From Phoronis australis (taxonomy: Eukaryota; Animalia; Phoronida): DNA of 64,000 nucleotides. The translations under genes were made by a program, and so were the position numbers. How positions within the stretch are numbered: the stretch's first letter is position 1; the number at the start of each line of letters is the position of its first letter. The stretch lies in the NCBI GenBank assembly GCA_002633005.1, contig NMRA01000556.1, positions 1 through 64,000 on the forward strand. The letters are read 5' to 3'. The notes below the pieces were generated by a model. The model saw only the letters and a program-made list of their open reading frames with translations. It was not told the origin of the DNA and did no database searches. Positions 24,301 through 35,139 of the stretch are shown here, piece by piece.

Positions 24301-25796
24301 NNNNNNNNNNNNNNNNNNNNNNNNNNNNNNNNNNNNNNNNNNNNNNNNNNNNNNNNNNNNNNNNNNNNNNNNNNNNNNNNNNNNNNNNNNNNNNNNNNNN
24401 NNNNNNNNNNNNNNNNNNNNNNNNNNNNNNNNNNNNNNNNNNNNNNNNNNNNNNNNNNNNNNNNNNNNNNNNNNNNNNNNNNNNNNNNNNNNNNNNNNNN
24501 NNNNNNNNNNNNNNNNNNNNNNNNNNNNNNNNNNNNNNNNNNNNNNNNNNNNNNNNNNNNNNNNNNNNNNNNNNNNNNNNNNNNNNNNNNNNNNNNNNNN
24601 NNNNNNNNNNNNNNNNNNNNNNNNNNNNNNNNNNNNNNNNNNNNNNNNNNNNNNNNNNNNNNNNNNNNNNNNNNNNNNNNNNNNNNNNNNNNNNNNNNNN
24701 NNNNNNNNNNNNNNNNNNNNNNNNNNNNNNNNNNNNNNNNNNNNNNNNNNNNNNNNNNNNNNNNNNNNNNNNNNNNNNNNNNNNNNNNNNNNNNNNNNNN
24801 NNNNNNNNNNNNNNNNNNNNNNNNNNNNNNNNNNNNNNNNNNNNNNNNNNNNNNNNNNNNNNNNNNNNNNNNNNNNNNNNNNNNNNNNNNNNNNNNNNNN
24901 NNNNNNNNNNNNNNNNNNNNNNNNNNNNNNNNNNNNNNNNNNNNNNNNNNNNNNNNNNNNNNNNNNNNNNNNNNNNNNNNNNNNNNNNNNNNNNNNNNNN
25001 NNNNNNNNNNNNNNNNNNNNNNNNNNNNNNNNNNNNNNNNNNNNNNNNNNNNNNNNNNNNNNNNNNNNNNNNNTGGCAGAACGTGATGTAAGGACTGTAT
25101 CGCATCAAGCAGATTTTACGCTACCACCGGCAGCGATGGAGAGTACGTTGAACACTGCGAGCAGATGATTGTCTCAGTAAAGAACACATACTCGTTATTA
25201 GGTCTTATGGTATATGGATTGGCTCTACTTTCCCATATTTCATAGTTCACAAAGTGACATATACAACATCCATATTGTCACATATATGACTTGGGATTGA
25301 AATACGGGAAAAAGTGGAGTAAACTGGTTCTTCTTGAAAATGGCTGCCGGGAACTATTTTTCACTGAGTAAGGTCAATGTCCGTTATTCAGTGTAAAGTG
25401 GTTACCCGTAGCCATTTTGAAGAGGGACCCATTTACTCAACTTTTGCTGTAAAATGATTAACTGGAAGAGTTTTGTTAAACAGTTGTGGGAAAATGAGGA
25501 GACTGGAACCTGCAGTGGCAGTCGCACTGCCAGGTATGATTCTCCGATACATATTACTCCCAGTTTGCAGCACAGGCGTCCTCAGCTTCTGATCGTCCCC
25601 AATATACTGGTGTTATATGTAGTAAGTGTCCTGGGGACGCGATCAGAAGCTGAGGACGCCTGTGGTTTGCAGACGGTTACGTGTCTATGGAACACTAAAA
25701 CACGATCAGAAATAACCTAAACGATTGTCCACAGGATAACAATATGTCAAGCCGTAGTTCAGATATGGGGCATTCTAGACGCCTCCAAGTCTTCAT
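15337..25796 (-). CDS. OGG1: 8-oxoguanine DNA glycosylase 1, complete gene: join(25717-25796,22395-23060,20890-21022,19675-19822,17830-17879,15337-15390), 376 aa
   Basis: All six exons have GT-AG boundaries with matching phases and sum to 1131 nt. Motifs: [53 protein letters not shown], HhH GVGAKVADC (catalytic Lys), [10 protein letters not shown] (catalytic Asp), WGEYAGWAHSVLFSADL. Confidence 0.96.
15621..15672. repeat. Perfect 24-bp-arm palindrome in the last OGG1 intron
   Basis: CTATATCCACACACCTGTCAGTAA-GATT-TTACTGACAGGTGTGTGGATATAG. Confidence 0.85.
15708..15851. repeat. 35-bp minisatellite, about 4 copies
   Basis: TGACTATTTACCAATATGTAATCAATTGAGTCACA. Confidence 0.85.
17830..17879 (-). 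CDS. OGG1: OGG1 exon 5 (GDYFRELWGEYAGWAHS)
   Basis: Acceptor TTCCAG|GA; donor TCA|GTAAGT. Confidence 0.92.
18617..18716. repeat. 15-bp minisatellite (CTGACCCAGCTGACC)n
   Basis: About 6.5 perfect copies. Confidence 0.95.
19675..19822 (-). CDS. OGG1: OGG1 exon 4 ([26 protein letters not shown]...KEI-G)
   Basis: Acceptor TTCAG|GTA; donor G|GTGTG; catalytic Asp motif. Confidence 0.93.
20200..20609 (-). mobile_element. RTE/RTE-X-like LINE fragment in OGG1 intron 3
   Basis: YLGVVF..IFDKSVYPTLCYGAEIWG..LEKV, a post-RT motif of non-LTR elements. Confidence 0.7.
20890..21022 (-). CDS. OGG1: OGG1 exon 3 (AKYIHQTA...LCGVGAK)
   Basis: Acceptor CCCTACAG|A; donor AAG|GTATG; helix-hairpin-helix motif. 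Confidence 0.93.
21078..21188. repeat. 27-bp minisatellite, 4 copies
   Basis: TGAAACTACACTGGCTGTGTGATACAA. Confidence 0.95.
21453..21728. repeat. 39-bp minisatellite, 7 copies
   Basis: GACATTAAGCCCCTACGATGTATACATACCATACACAGT. Confidence 0.95.
22395..23060 (-). CDS. OGG1: OGG1 exon 2
   Basis: Acceptor TTTCAG|G TGG; donor TAC AG|GTAA; inside ORF 22391-23170; contains LRDYFQLD and [18 protein letters not shown]. Confidence 0.95.
23188..23326. repeat. 139-nt imperfect palindrome (68-nt arms, GAA loop), likely the end of a non-autonomous Crypton-like element
   Basis: The arms align without gaps around CC-GAA-GG. The family assignment is inferred. Confidence 0.75.
24231..25073. other. Assembly gap in OGG1 intron 1 (other gaps at 4896-5187 and 13682-13943)
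   Basis: N runs. Confidence 1.
25571..25664. mobile_element. 94-bp MITE with CACAGG...CCTGTG termini and 8-bp TSD GTTTGCAG (P- or hAT-type)
   Basis: 25-bp perfect terminal inverted repeat CACAGGCGTCCTCAGCTTCTGATCG; identical GTTTGCAG at 25563-25570 and 25665-25672. Confidence 0.85.
25717..25796 (-). CDS. OGG1: OGG1 exon 1 ([27 protein letters not shown])
   Basis: ATG at 25796; donor AG|GTTATT in phase 2; matches the OGG1 N-terminal ELRLD..GQSFRW motif. Missed by the ORF track. Confidence 0.9.
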
Positions 25797-25965
25797 TATG
25801 AAAAAAATACAGTAATTCGACTAGTGTTCACGGTGTTTACGCTACGCTACAAGGGCGCAGACATCTTGAAACGTGACGTCACGTCACGTTCTTTCTCGCC
25901 GACCTGCGTTACTAATGACGATCACAAACATCATGGCGACCTAGTGCAGTTCGGAGGTGGAAGGT
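25797..25965. promoter_or_regulatory. Probable bidirectional OGG1/LRRIQ3 promoter with a CRE palindrome and an RFX-like half site
   Basis: CpG-rich; ACGTGACGTCACGT palindrome (contains TGACGTCA) at 25871-25884; CATGGCGAC at 25932-25940 followed by a possible plus-strand donor AAG|GTGGGT. Confidence 0.5.
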
Positions 25966-28490
25966 GGGTTGTGAGGAATTTTGTTGTGTTGCTCTGACCT
26001 AATATTTTAAGCCCTAGTTTTTTGTTCATAGTACAATTCCAAAGATTCCCAATGGTACGGATATCAAATAAATTTCTGTACGAAGTCAAATTGGACGGGC
26101 ACTTGCTACAACCATCTTTAGTGAAGTTGGACAGTGACCACGTCTCTATCCTAGGCACTATACTGCGTAGCTGAATAGAGACGGTGTAGCTCCTATACTA
26201 GCTTCATACATCCGAAGCTTCTCAACGAGTAATGCCTTAAACTGACTAAAACAACAAATTCACATTGTTGGAAGTACCTTTTGTGAATAGAGGGACACCT
26301 TAGGAGGGCGTTGATGTATTATTTTAATTCCTTCCAAATCGAAGAAATACACACCCGTGACCTAAACTCTAAAGTCGTGAATGTAAGCATAATACGCAGC
26401 TGATTGTCATACTACCCAATATCCGTTAGCAACTGCTCATGTGATGTCATGGACATATATCAGCCTTCATAAATATACATGTTTTGAAAATCTTAATCCT
26501 TGTTTGTCCCTGTAAGCATGTGCAGAGTTTTGAAACAGTCGCTGATATCGCCAGCCATTTTGAATGAGGCCTTAAAGTCGTGACCGTTTTGTTTAGACGG
26601 AAATGCGCGAAGTAAGGCCACACAGGTCAACTACAGTGCTTACAGTTACTCTAGCCGACATAAAAATGCATTGCATTGTTTATTAATTCAGTTTCAATTG
26701 AAATAATGTTTTGCACCCAACTTTGATGTGCACAGATTTTTTAAATGAGGCTGTTCACGTAAAACGCTAAGAACCCAGCATCAAGTATCTCTCTGTATTT
26801 TATTGCTTTGGCCTTAAAAAACTTGATCGACCCTGGGACATTTTGATACATTGTTCAAGCTACCCATGGAGCGCGTGTTTGAGTAAACCTGAACGATGAA
26901 TACCTTCGAAAATATATCCCAAAAATGTACAAAAAAGTAGATTAGTGAAATATGCTTTTTTAAGATACATTTGAAAAAAAGAAGCCACTCACTCACTGTT
27001 TGTTATCATATTGTGAACACCAACACGTCCGGGTATGCGTTTGACATTCGTAAGCAGACGAACGCTGGAAACTTCAATGCCGCGCAGAAGAGGAATAAGA
27101 TCGTTCACGACTTAAGGGCACTCACGACTTTTGGACCTCTGACGGTACTTCTGTTATCAAACTTTTTATTCGAGCTGTCCCTTATTCAATTCCTGAAATT
27201 GGAAACTTGCCATTTTTATCACAGTGCACAGGTGGTATGATGTCATATCCCCTGGCATGTGAGGCGTTTTTCAAGTCTGTTTAACAATTTTATTTCAGTG
27301 TGGTTACTTCATGGGTCATACACAATTGAGTGATGTTTGTGAATCATCTGTTGAAGAGATGTATATATCAAGGGTGTGGCTTATTCAAAATTTGTGGGTA
27401 TTGAAGTGAGTCACTGTTTGTCCTCATGGCGGTGTGCCTGTGTCTGATTTTTTTTTGAGGTATCCCACGTGTCTACACTACAAGACAAAATTATTCCTGA
27501 AGACAAAATATTGTATTCCCGTCATGACGCCTAAATCTATTAACAACAAAAATGACTGATAAGAACCTTAAAACAGCAACACACTTGCCTCACAATGGCT
27601 AATGGCTGTCTTATTGACTGTCCTCATACTCAGTTGTGAGAGAAGCCTATTGTAATCGGGACGCTTGGGGGTGTCTCGTTATTGAACCCAGACAGGACTT
27701 GTGATCTATTTCATTGTTAAAATGGACGTACTTTAAATCAAAGGAAACAATCGCCAAGTTGTAGTATATAGTATGTAGCTTTTATTACTAAATCAAACAG
27801 TACAGGGCTGGTACGTTTACTCACAAGCAATCTTGAGTTGCGTTGTCGGACATTGTCGGTCTTTGTTCTGGAATAAGTGCGGTGGGCGTGCGTTTGTGAT
27901 TGATGCGTCTTGTTAGACAATTAAGCCTCAGCACTTCGCGGGGAGAACTTATACGAGAACGATCACTTGGTTTTGGAGTAAATAGGGATGAATTTGGATA
28001 TATAGCCGAAAGCTCAAGGGGATAAACCTTAGTGGCTTTCGCATTCATAACTGCGAGCTCCGCTTCGGTTGAATTTGGTAGAGCCGAAATGTCGCGTCTG
28101 TACGACGCTAGGAAAAGTGACCGAACTCCTGAAACCACTAGGTGGCCCATTATTTATAGAGGGTGTCACATGACAAACTGGGCTAATGACAAGTCACCAG
28201 GTTAAAGTTCTTGGACTTGATGGTTCCTGACCAAATGAGGTATGATCAAATCATACAAACGCACTAGTACCGACGATAACCAACAGGTGTCATGCAAATA
28301 CAGAGACAGAGATGAGATTATTCTTGCTACACTACTTTGTCAATGAATTCAACTACCACCTAGCAGTCATGTCAGGAACTCCTAGTCATTTTGTCAAAAT
28401 GCTTTTGGTTAATTGTACTGCAGGTTTTAATGATTGACTCTTTCATTATAGAATGTGACGGCAGTGTTAGAGAATCGAGTCTCGCCTATC

Positions 28491-28859
28491 ATGACTGCAC
28501 CGCCAGACTGGGCCAAGTTTGGTCTTAATCAGGAGTCGCCTAGGTTTAATATTATTACACCAAGGGAAAAGTACTACCGTATGAGGGAGACAGAAGCTAT
28601 AAAGCAAGCCCAGGACCATGGATATTTTACAACAGCCAGTAAAGAATACATCTTGGATAAATATGGGGCAGAAAGTAACAAGAGAAAGATCAGCCGCATA
28701 AAGCTAGTGAAGTTTCCAACTTGTCATTTAAAAGTTATTGGAGACATAAGTCTATGTAACCGGCTCAGAATTTGTATACTACACAATAATTATATTGTGA
28801 AGTTTGATGCATTGAAAGCTTGTCGAGAGTTGGTGAAATTAGACTTACACAGTAACTTG
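28491..28859 (+). CDS. LRRIQ3: LRRIQ3 first coding exon (LRRs)
   Basis: Acceptor TATAG| at 28451; in-frame ATG at 28491; donor TTG|GTAAGT. Confidence 0.85.
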
Positions 28860-31800
28860 GTAAGTTCATTTTGTATTGAAAATCGGTTATTAAATAGCGA
28901 AAAAAGTGAAAGTAAAAATGTCGAACTTCAAACTGGTCTGCTGGGGTTCTTAAAAATAATTGCTGAATATCTTGGAAAATTTTCATGACGAAGCATTTGG
29001 TTATGTAATCATTTATTACATAGTATGGAATTAGATACTAGCTTTTTATAGAATTCAAAAACGTGTTGGAACATGAAAATGCATTCCATACCAATTGTCC
29101 TTTATGTCTTTATTTGCATGGATTGCTGCCTTGAGTGGGTCAAATGCAGGACTGTGTATAGTCAAGCAGAGTCATTACAGAATCATAAAATGCCAGGGAA
29201 ACCTTTCATCTTGGTGGCATAACGTGATAAATATTAAGCACTTTTACATACAGTGGAGGCCATGCTAGTGTTTGGAGATGAATTTCACAAAGTTTCACTT
29301 TTGTGCTACTTATGTATTAAACAAAAAAAGAAAAACAAATTGACTGTAACACGGCTCTGTGGTTTCAATTTCAGATCAGTTCAATACCTGGTGCTGATTT
29401 CTGGGCTAATCTGCCGCACCTGATGATTCTCCATCTCCATGACAACCCTATTGGACACATCAGTAACCTTCATGACCTTGCCATTTGTCGCAATCTGGCG
29501 GTGAGTGTGAGGATGATAAAGAATTTTTTATGAATTTGATATTAGGTTCAGCCACTGAAAGGTCTCTGTTTAATGCTTGGTCTTAAATTGTCAAATACTT
29601 TTGACTTTCTTGCATTATATTTCATGGTTGTGTAAAAATTAAAAACCAGGATAACTGTTAAATGCAGGTCTTTGCCAACTCTATAAATACTGTTTGCAAA
29701 ATCAGAGGTGATACTGCTTTTAACCCAGGCAAGTCGTATAGTAGTCATACATTTATGTCATTAATAATGACTAATGATTAAAATGTAACTTGCATGCGGG
29801 TTAAAAATGGTATCCTCTCATTTTACACTCAGTCACTTGATTGCTAACTATTACTCATTGCAATAATGTTTACCTGGCTGTCTATTGCACCTGTCATTAT
29901 GGTATGAGTGACTATGGAAGAGACTCATGTAGCATTGGTGACTACATTTCCTCTGTAGATCTTGACCATGTACGACACGCCAGTTAGTCTGAAGAAGAAC
30001 TACCGCCACCATGTGGTGAACACTGTGTGGTCACTGAAGGCGTTCGACCACCACATGATCTCAGACGAGGAGATCATAGAGGACGCTGCCTTCCGTCACG
30101 GTCCCTACGCCACTCTATCCCCCAAGATGTACATTGACCTTTGCCCTTCGTCTGATAGTCCGGTAATTGTTTGTAGTTATTATTTCCATTAATTGCTTTA
30201 ATTTACAACATTGTTTAGCAGTATGATAAATGACAGTTGTTTACTTCCTTGAAAGAATGTTGAAAAATTAGAAGAAAAACTAACTTCTTGACAATCAGAT
30301 TGTCAGATATTGTCACCATAATGAAGGCAAAGTAATTGAAGATGACAAATGGACAGACAGTGATCATTAGAACAAAAAGGGAACAGTACTCAGCTAGCAT
30401 TGTAAGACAGTTCAGTGCTGACATTAAAATTCCACTTTGCTGTAGTCATATGTGTGCTGTAGTCAGATGTGTGCTGTAGTCAGGGGTGTGCTGTAGTGAG
30501 AAAATAAATATGAGCTATATTCAGGCGTTTAAAACATCAACTTTGTTGGACAGATGTGCTTTGTTGTTCCAAAACAGCGTCATTGCACTTTTGTCCTTTG
30601 TTTGAATAGACATGGGGATTACGATACATGTACGTCGCCTATAATTCTTTGGCAGCTGAAACTAAGCCACCATGACGAGCCACATTGTGGGCTTGGTCTG
30701 AAACAGTAATGACTAAAGGCAGGGGGTCTCAACTTTAGAACTCAGTTCTATGTAATCTGAGTAAGGAACGAGATGAGACAGAATTACCTTACCTTAAATT
30801 ACCTTCTGTGAGTCGGTTCACAGAAGATGTTGGGCACAAATCCTCTCCTCATAGGTGCACCCACTGAGGACAAGCAGAAGAGCATTGGGGGTGATGTTTC
30901 CCATAGTGAGCTTATTGTGGAGTCTTCTCAGGGGACTGGCCAAAGGAAACCTTATGTCACAAATGGTGAAGGCTCTCGCTATATTCGCCCAGCTGTTCTG
31001 TTGTGCGGAGCATGATGAAACAGAAAGTGGTATAAATCAAACTTTGCTTTTTGACAGATTTCTCGGATTTTATTGCTCCCTTCAACTCTAATTGCACCTA
31101 ATTTATGTTGCATTTCTTGCACAGAACTCGACATACCAAGAAGAAATACAAGTGATCAAGGAACTGTTGAGTAAGCTATCCAAGATCATGGCCCATTTCT
31201 CACCTGTGCTCATTGTACAAAGATACCTGCGTGGCTGGCTAACACGCAGACGGTACCGGCTCATCATGGAAACACGCATTTGGTTAGTACTAAAGAATCT
31301 GGCTTGAGTTTTCGACAGTGATAGCTTTCTTAAGTTCATCAAAAATGTATCAGTAGAAGTCCTGTGTAGTTCTTTCAAGTCTCTTGTACTGGGCAGGTGA
31401 AACATTCAGGACCAGCCTCTGGCTCGTCGTGTTTTCTCAAGTCTTTTTAATTCTGCTGCATCGATGTTAATTTTCAATCATTTTTCATAAGAAAATCTCC
31501 TGCACATTATTTCTTGGGTTATTTGCAACTCTGTGGAACCTTGCTTTGGGTCCTTGAATACATCAAAATACATTTGGCTTTCACGTTCTAGTCCCGAAAA
31601 TGCCATAAGTGTCTGGTGGCTTCTCCTAGTGGACGTCCTATAAAGTATAAACAGCATATAAATTATAAATGCTAAGCTGTAGTTTTTGGAGCATGTATCA
31701 TATGCAAAGCATTGGAAGGTTGTTATAAAAACTAAGACAAACCCGTTTTCTTCATTTTTGGGAGTGGTATGGACGATCTCCCTGGTAGGGCCCCATATTT

Positions 31801-34745
31801 TGGCAAGAGAATTCCCGAGTCTCCATAATTGTACTTGGAAGCCTTGAGAGCTCTACACGTCTTCATTTTGTTTCCTATGCTGGGATTTGGTTACAAAATG
31901 CAGATCAATTGGTTGACATATAGCACCATCTATTGTGTACTGCTAACATTATTTCACTAAAAATGTCTTAAATTCACCTTGCACCAAAACTTATGTCTTA
32001 TTGTAAGTCTCTGTTTGGACTATGGGTAAAAACATTGTAAAGTTATGACACTTAGTAAGGGCTGTTCCAGCAAAATCTGTATGGGAGGGGGGGGGAAGGC
32101 ACTTTTATTTCGTACCCACCGCCCATATTTTTCATTTATTTCTCCAACCCATGACCCATAATTTTTTAATTATTTTTAATAGGTTAAAATATAAAACCCA
32201 ACACTTGCAAACAAATTGCCTCCAGGAGGACCTGTTAAGAACTTAGATGATTGACAGACAAGAACTAGTTGTCTTGTCCAACATTGTCAAAAATTAAAGT
32301 AGCCTGTGAACAATACTTTTGGCAGCCACCAGGTGTCTCTGTTCACCATGTGTCTATAATTTCAATGAACATTTTTGCAATTATAAGGATCTATGAATCT
32401 CAAACTGNAAGTGAAACAGGCCCCTGTTTAGACTAATTACATTTTTCTTGCTGGTGTCAAACCTTTGGAAGGCTTACAAACCGAACACTGTGATTTTTTG
32501 GTAAGCGCATTTTATTGTACCTCACAGAGAATAACATTCGATTGACTTTTAGTTGGACTATTATTAATGTTTAAAATGCTGCTGAGCTAAGAGAAATATT
32601 TCTGTTTGTGGCGCTAATCTACTGTCTCATTAGTTTGCCTTAATGGTGCTATGTTAGATTATTGCGAATGTCTTTATAACTTAATAGGGCTGCGGTCACT
32701 GTTCAACGATGGATACGCAACCTTAAGGGATGGAAGCTTCCAGCAGCCAAGAGAGTAGACCAGCAGTCAGTTAATGGCACCCCTGTGGCCTCGCCCTCAC
32801 CCACGTCAAGAAGTCGGCCAAATATCGACGCCTATAAAGTGGACTATGACAACTACATGCAGAACAGAAGACCAGGTTCTACAACATCTGTGGTGAGCTG
32901 TTCCGTGCTTTTGCAAACACCAGGTTCCTAGAAAAACTGACTAAGTCAGGCTATGGTCTAAATCAAAACTGGGGGCATGGTTTTAATATTGATGTAGGTA
33001 TTGGCCACTAGATGGTGGTGATGATGGTGATACAACCATGTTTTCTGAATTCGTGCTCTGTTTAGCTGTGTTCAAAACTACTATGAACCTATTGCCTGCC
33101 TGTCACAGGTGATAAATAATGAATGAATTATACAATGGATACAACAGAATGTATAGCATCACAGAGAAACTGGTGTATACAATATGCAATATATGCATTT
33201 GCTTCAAGTCAAAGGAGGACAGAAAATGTACATTAAATTTTCAATGAAATAACATTTGATGCATTGATGTTTGAAGACTCAGGCGCCATTTACATCAATT
33301 TCTACTTTGGTGGCTTTTGAGAATCAAATAGAAACCTTTTGTTATCACATCATCAAATTAAGTTGTATTCGACTAAGTTGAAGAACTTTTAATTAGAAAA
33401 AGTCTTAAAATTCATTAGGAAACAACATTCTCTAAGTTTTGATTTTGGCTTCATATGTTTATCTTGTATTTTCCAGTCAATGTCTTCAAAGGGAGGTAGT
33501 GCTAAAAAGAAGCGGAGGAACATCACTATCAACCTCAGCAAATTGGAGCAAGGCCCATTCTCTAGCCGGGCTGAGGATCGAGCTACACCTCATGATAGCG
33601 CCCGCGATGTTGTTCGCAAGCCAACACTCAGGAAGACGGGACTAATGAGTAAGGAAGAAAAGAGAAAGAGGCACAATGCAATGAGCTTGTTTAAGGTCGA
33701 AGAGGACGAGATGCCAAAGAAGATAAAAATTAAAGATGTTCGGCAGTTTTTCGGTCCTGTTGCGGATCGTTTTCCATCACCGGAACCAGTTATGTCTTCC
33801 GTTCTAGCTGAAGAGGGAGCTGGGGAGACGCCTTTTCGTTTGCGTGGCTTCAAAAAGACAATTTACATGGACTACTGTCCCATAGCCGATGTGATGAGAG
33901 CAAATATGGACGTTGGGAAGGATATGAGGGAATTTGAAAGTTATTACCACTCAAGGAAGTTACGAGAGCCGAAAAAGCAAGCTAAGAGGCATAACTTCAC
34001 AACGAATGAGCAGAGGATGTTTAACAGAGTTCAAGGAACTATGGGATTGTCATGTTTAACCGCTGTTGGACAAGCGTACCGGGACAGGAAACGAGCAGAA
34101 AAGATGGCTTCCAAAATGGAGCACATTTTGAACATGCGGGAATCTCGGGAAGAAGCGAAAGAGAGAGTCAAGTTGTATCATGAAGAAAAACGTCAGCTTA
34201 CTCTTAAACAGCGGGAAAGAGACTCGAAGAAAGCTGTTGAAGTGCTGGAGCGTAGGGAACTGCAGCAGATTGGTTACTTGGAGAAGGTACAAGAGAACAG
34301 GGCTAAAACAGGTGAAAAGAGAAAGCTGTTCACGGCAGACAAGTCGTTTGCTTCTGATTTCAATGCACAGCAGACGTCGATCTCGCTGGCACTGCAGAAG
34401 CATGACCGTCTGTCGAAACGTGAAGATACACTGCACAACAAGTACGACCTTGTCGAGGACATCCGAGAGTCTGAACGGCAGCAGCAGGAGCTGGTGAAGA
34501 CATATCTAGAACACAGGAAGTTGATGCGGCAGTCAGAGAATGAGATGGCGAGAGCGGCATTGGACACTAGGCTCCTTCAGGAGGCCAATGAGAGAATCAT
34601 GCAAGCGCGGCAAAGGGTGGCCAAGTTGAAGGCGAAGCAGAAACAGGTACAAGCCTTTTATCCATTGCCTCTGGCACCGGATGGAACCCCGCCCATGGCA
34701 GACACTGGAGCAGGGAGAATTCAGGCTCTGGGTAAAACTTCATAG
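28491..34745 (+). CDS. LRRIQ3: Leucine-rich repeat and IQ domain protein 3, join(28491-28859,29375-29500,29959-30162,31125-31282,32688-32892,33477-34745), about 776 aa
   Basis: Phase-consistent GT-AG exons. N-terminal LRRs (LRICILHNNYI, LVKLDLHSN, LMILHLHDNPI), LRR cap LTMYDTPVSLKKNYRHHVVNTVWSLKAFDHHMISDEEII, IQ motif SPVLIVQRYLRGWLTRR and a C-terminal coiled coil match the LRRIQ3/LRRC44 architecture. Start codon is inferred; the exon opens at an acceptor at 28452. Confidence 0.88.
29375..29500 (+). CDS. LRRIQ3: LRRIQ3 exon (ISSIPGADFWANLPHLMILHLHDNPIGHISNLHDLAICRNLA)
   Basis: Acceptor TTTCAG|ATC; donor GCG|GTGAGT; LRR consensus. Confidence 0.88.
29959..30162 (+). CDS. LRRIQ3: LRRIQ3 exon (LRR cap)
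   Basis: Acceptor CTGTAG|ATC; donor CCG|GTAATT. Confidence 0.9.
30783..31005 (-). mobile_element. Retroposon-like 3' end with (AAGGT)n tail; homologous copy on the plus strand at about 46415-46630
   Basis: Inverted diverged match between the two loci; terminal hairpin TTCTGTGA..TCACAGAA before the tail. Confidence 0.55.
31125..31282 (+). CDS. LRRIQ3: LRRIQ3 exon (IQ motif)
   Basis: Acceptor GCACAG|AAC; donor TG|GTTAGT; IVQRYLRGWLTRR. Confidence 0.88.
32688..32892 (+). CDS. LRRIQ3: LRRIQ3 exon (second IQ-like motif AAVTVQRWIRN and Ser/Pro linker)
   Basis: Acceptor AATAG|G in phase 2; donor GTG|GTGAGC in phase 0; bridges the phases of the neighbouring exons. Confidence 0.8.
33477..34745 (+). 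CDS. LRRIQ3: LRRIQ3 terminal exon (charged coiled coil)
   Basis: Acceptor TTTTCCAG|TCA in frame with the 421-aa ORF 33480-34745; rich in E/K/R/Q. Confidence 0.88.
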   Translation, partial: SMSSKGGSAKKKRRNITINLSKLEQGPFSSRAEDRATPHDSARDVVRKPTLRKTGLMSKEEKRKRHNAMSLFKVEEDEMPKKIKIKDVRQFFGPVADRFPSPEPVMSSVLAEEGAGETPFRLRGFKKTIYMDYCPIADVMRANMDVGKDMREFESYYHSRKLREPKKQAKRHNFTTNEQRMFNRVQGTMGLSCLTAVGQAYRDRKRAEKMASKMEHILNMRESREEAKERVKLYHEEKRQLTLKQRERDSKKAVEVLERRELQQIGYLEKVQENRAKTGEKRKLFTADKSFASDFNAQQTSISLALQKHDRLSKREDTLHNKYDLVEDIRESERQQQELVKTYLEHRKLMRQSENEMARAALDTRLLQEANERIMQARQRVAKLKAKQKQVQAFYPLPLAPDGTPPMADTGAGRIQALGKTS

Positions 34746-35139
34746 TCGACATAAGGTCAAGCATTCAGTTCACATCATGGCTTTCAACTTGACAGTTTTC
34801 AACAATCAATAAGAACATTTGTAAGGTTGTCAGCATTGTACCTTGTTGAAGTGTACTCAGAACCGTAATGGTGGTTTACAAAGTTTTCATCTGATTGGAC
34901 AAGTCGTCGATTATCTGTTGTGTGTTTGACCAATGGCGTTGTTACGATGTGCCAACAGGTAACACTATAGTTTACACATGGCTTGACCCACGACTATCAA
35001 TAAATGCTTCCTCTGTTGTCATAGATTATGGTTTGGGACATTTGTATATATGAAGCGACTTGTATTTCCACTCTGATTTTATGGAATTCTTAACTTATGC
35101 AATATGTTGCAGAACTGCTCAGGACCAACAACTTTCAAC

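Noticed and set aside
23999-25168. Long ORFs in the track that span N runs (also at 4.8-5.4 kb and 13.5-14.0 kb)
   Set aside because: They are open only because of undetermined bases.
23820-25284. Direct repeat of about 210 bp on either side of the large gap (LTR-like)
   Set aside because: The second copy starts exactly at the gap edge and matches the first, so it is more likely an assembly overlap than an LTR pair.
33590-34567. Several antisense or overlapping ORFs within the LRRIQ3 terminal exon
   Set aside because: Shadow frames of a real coding exon.
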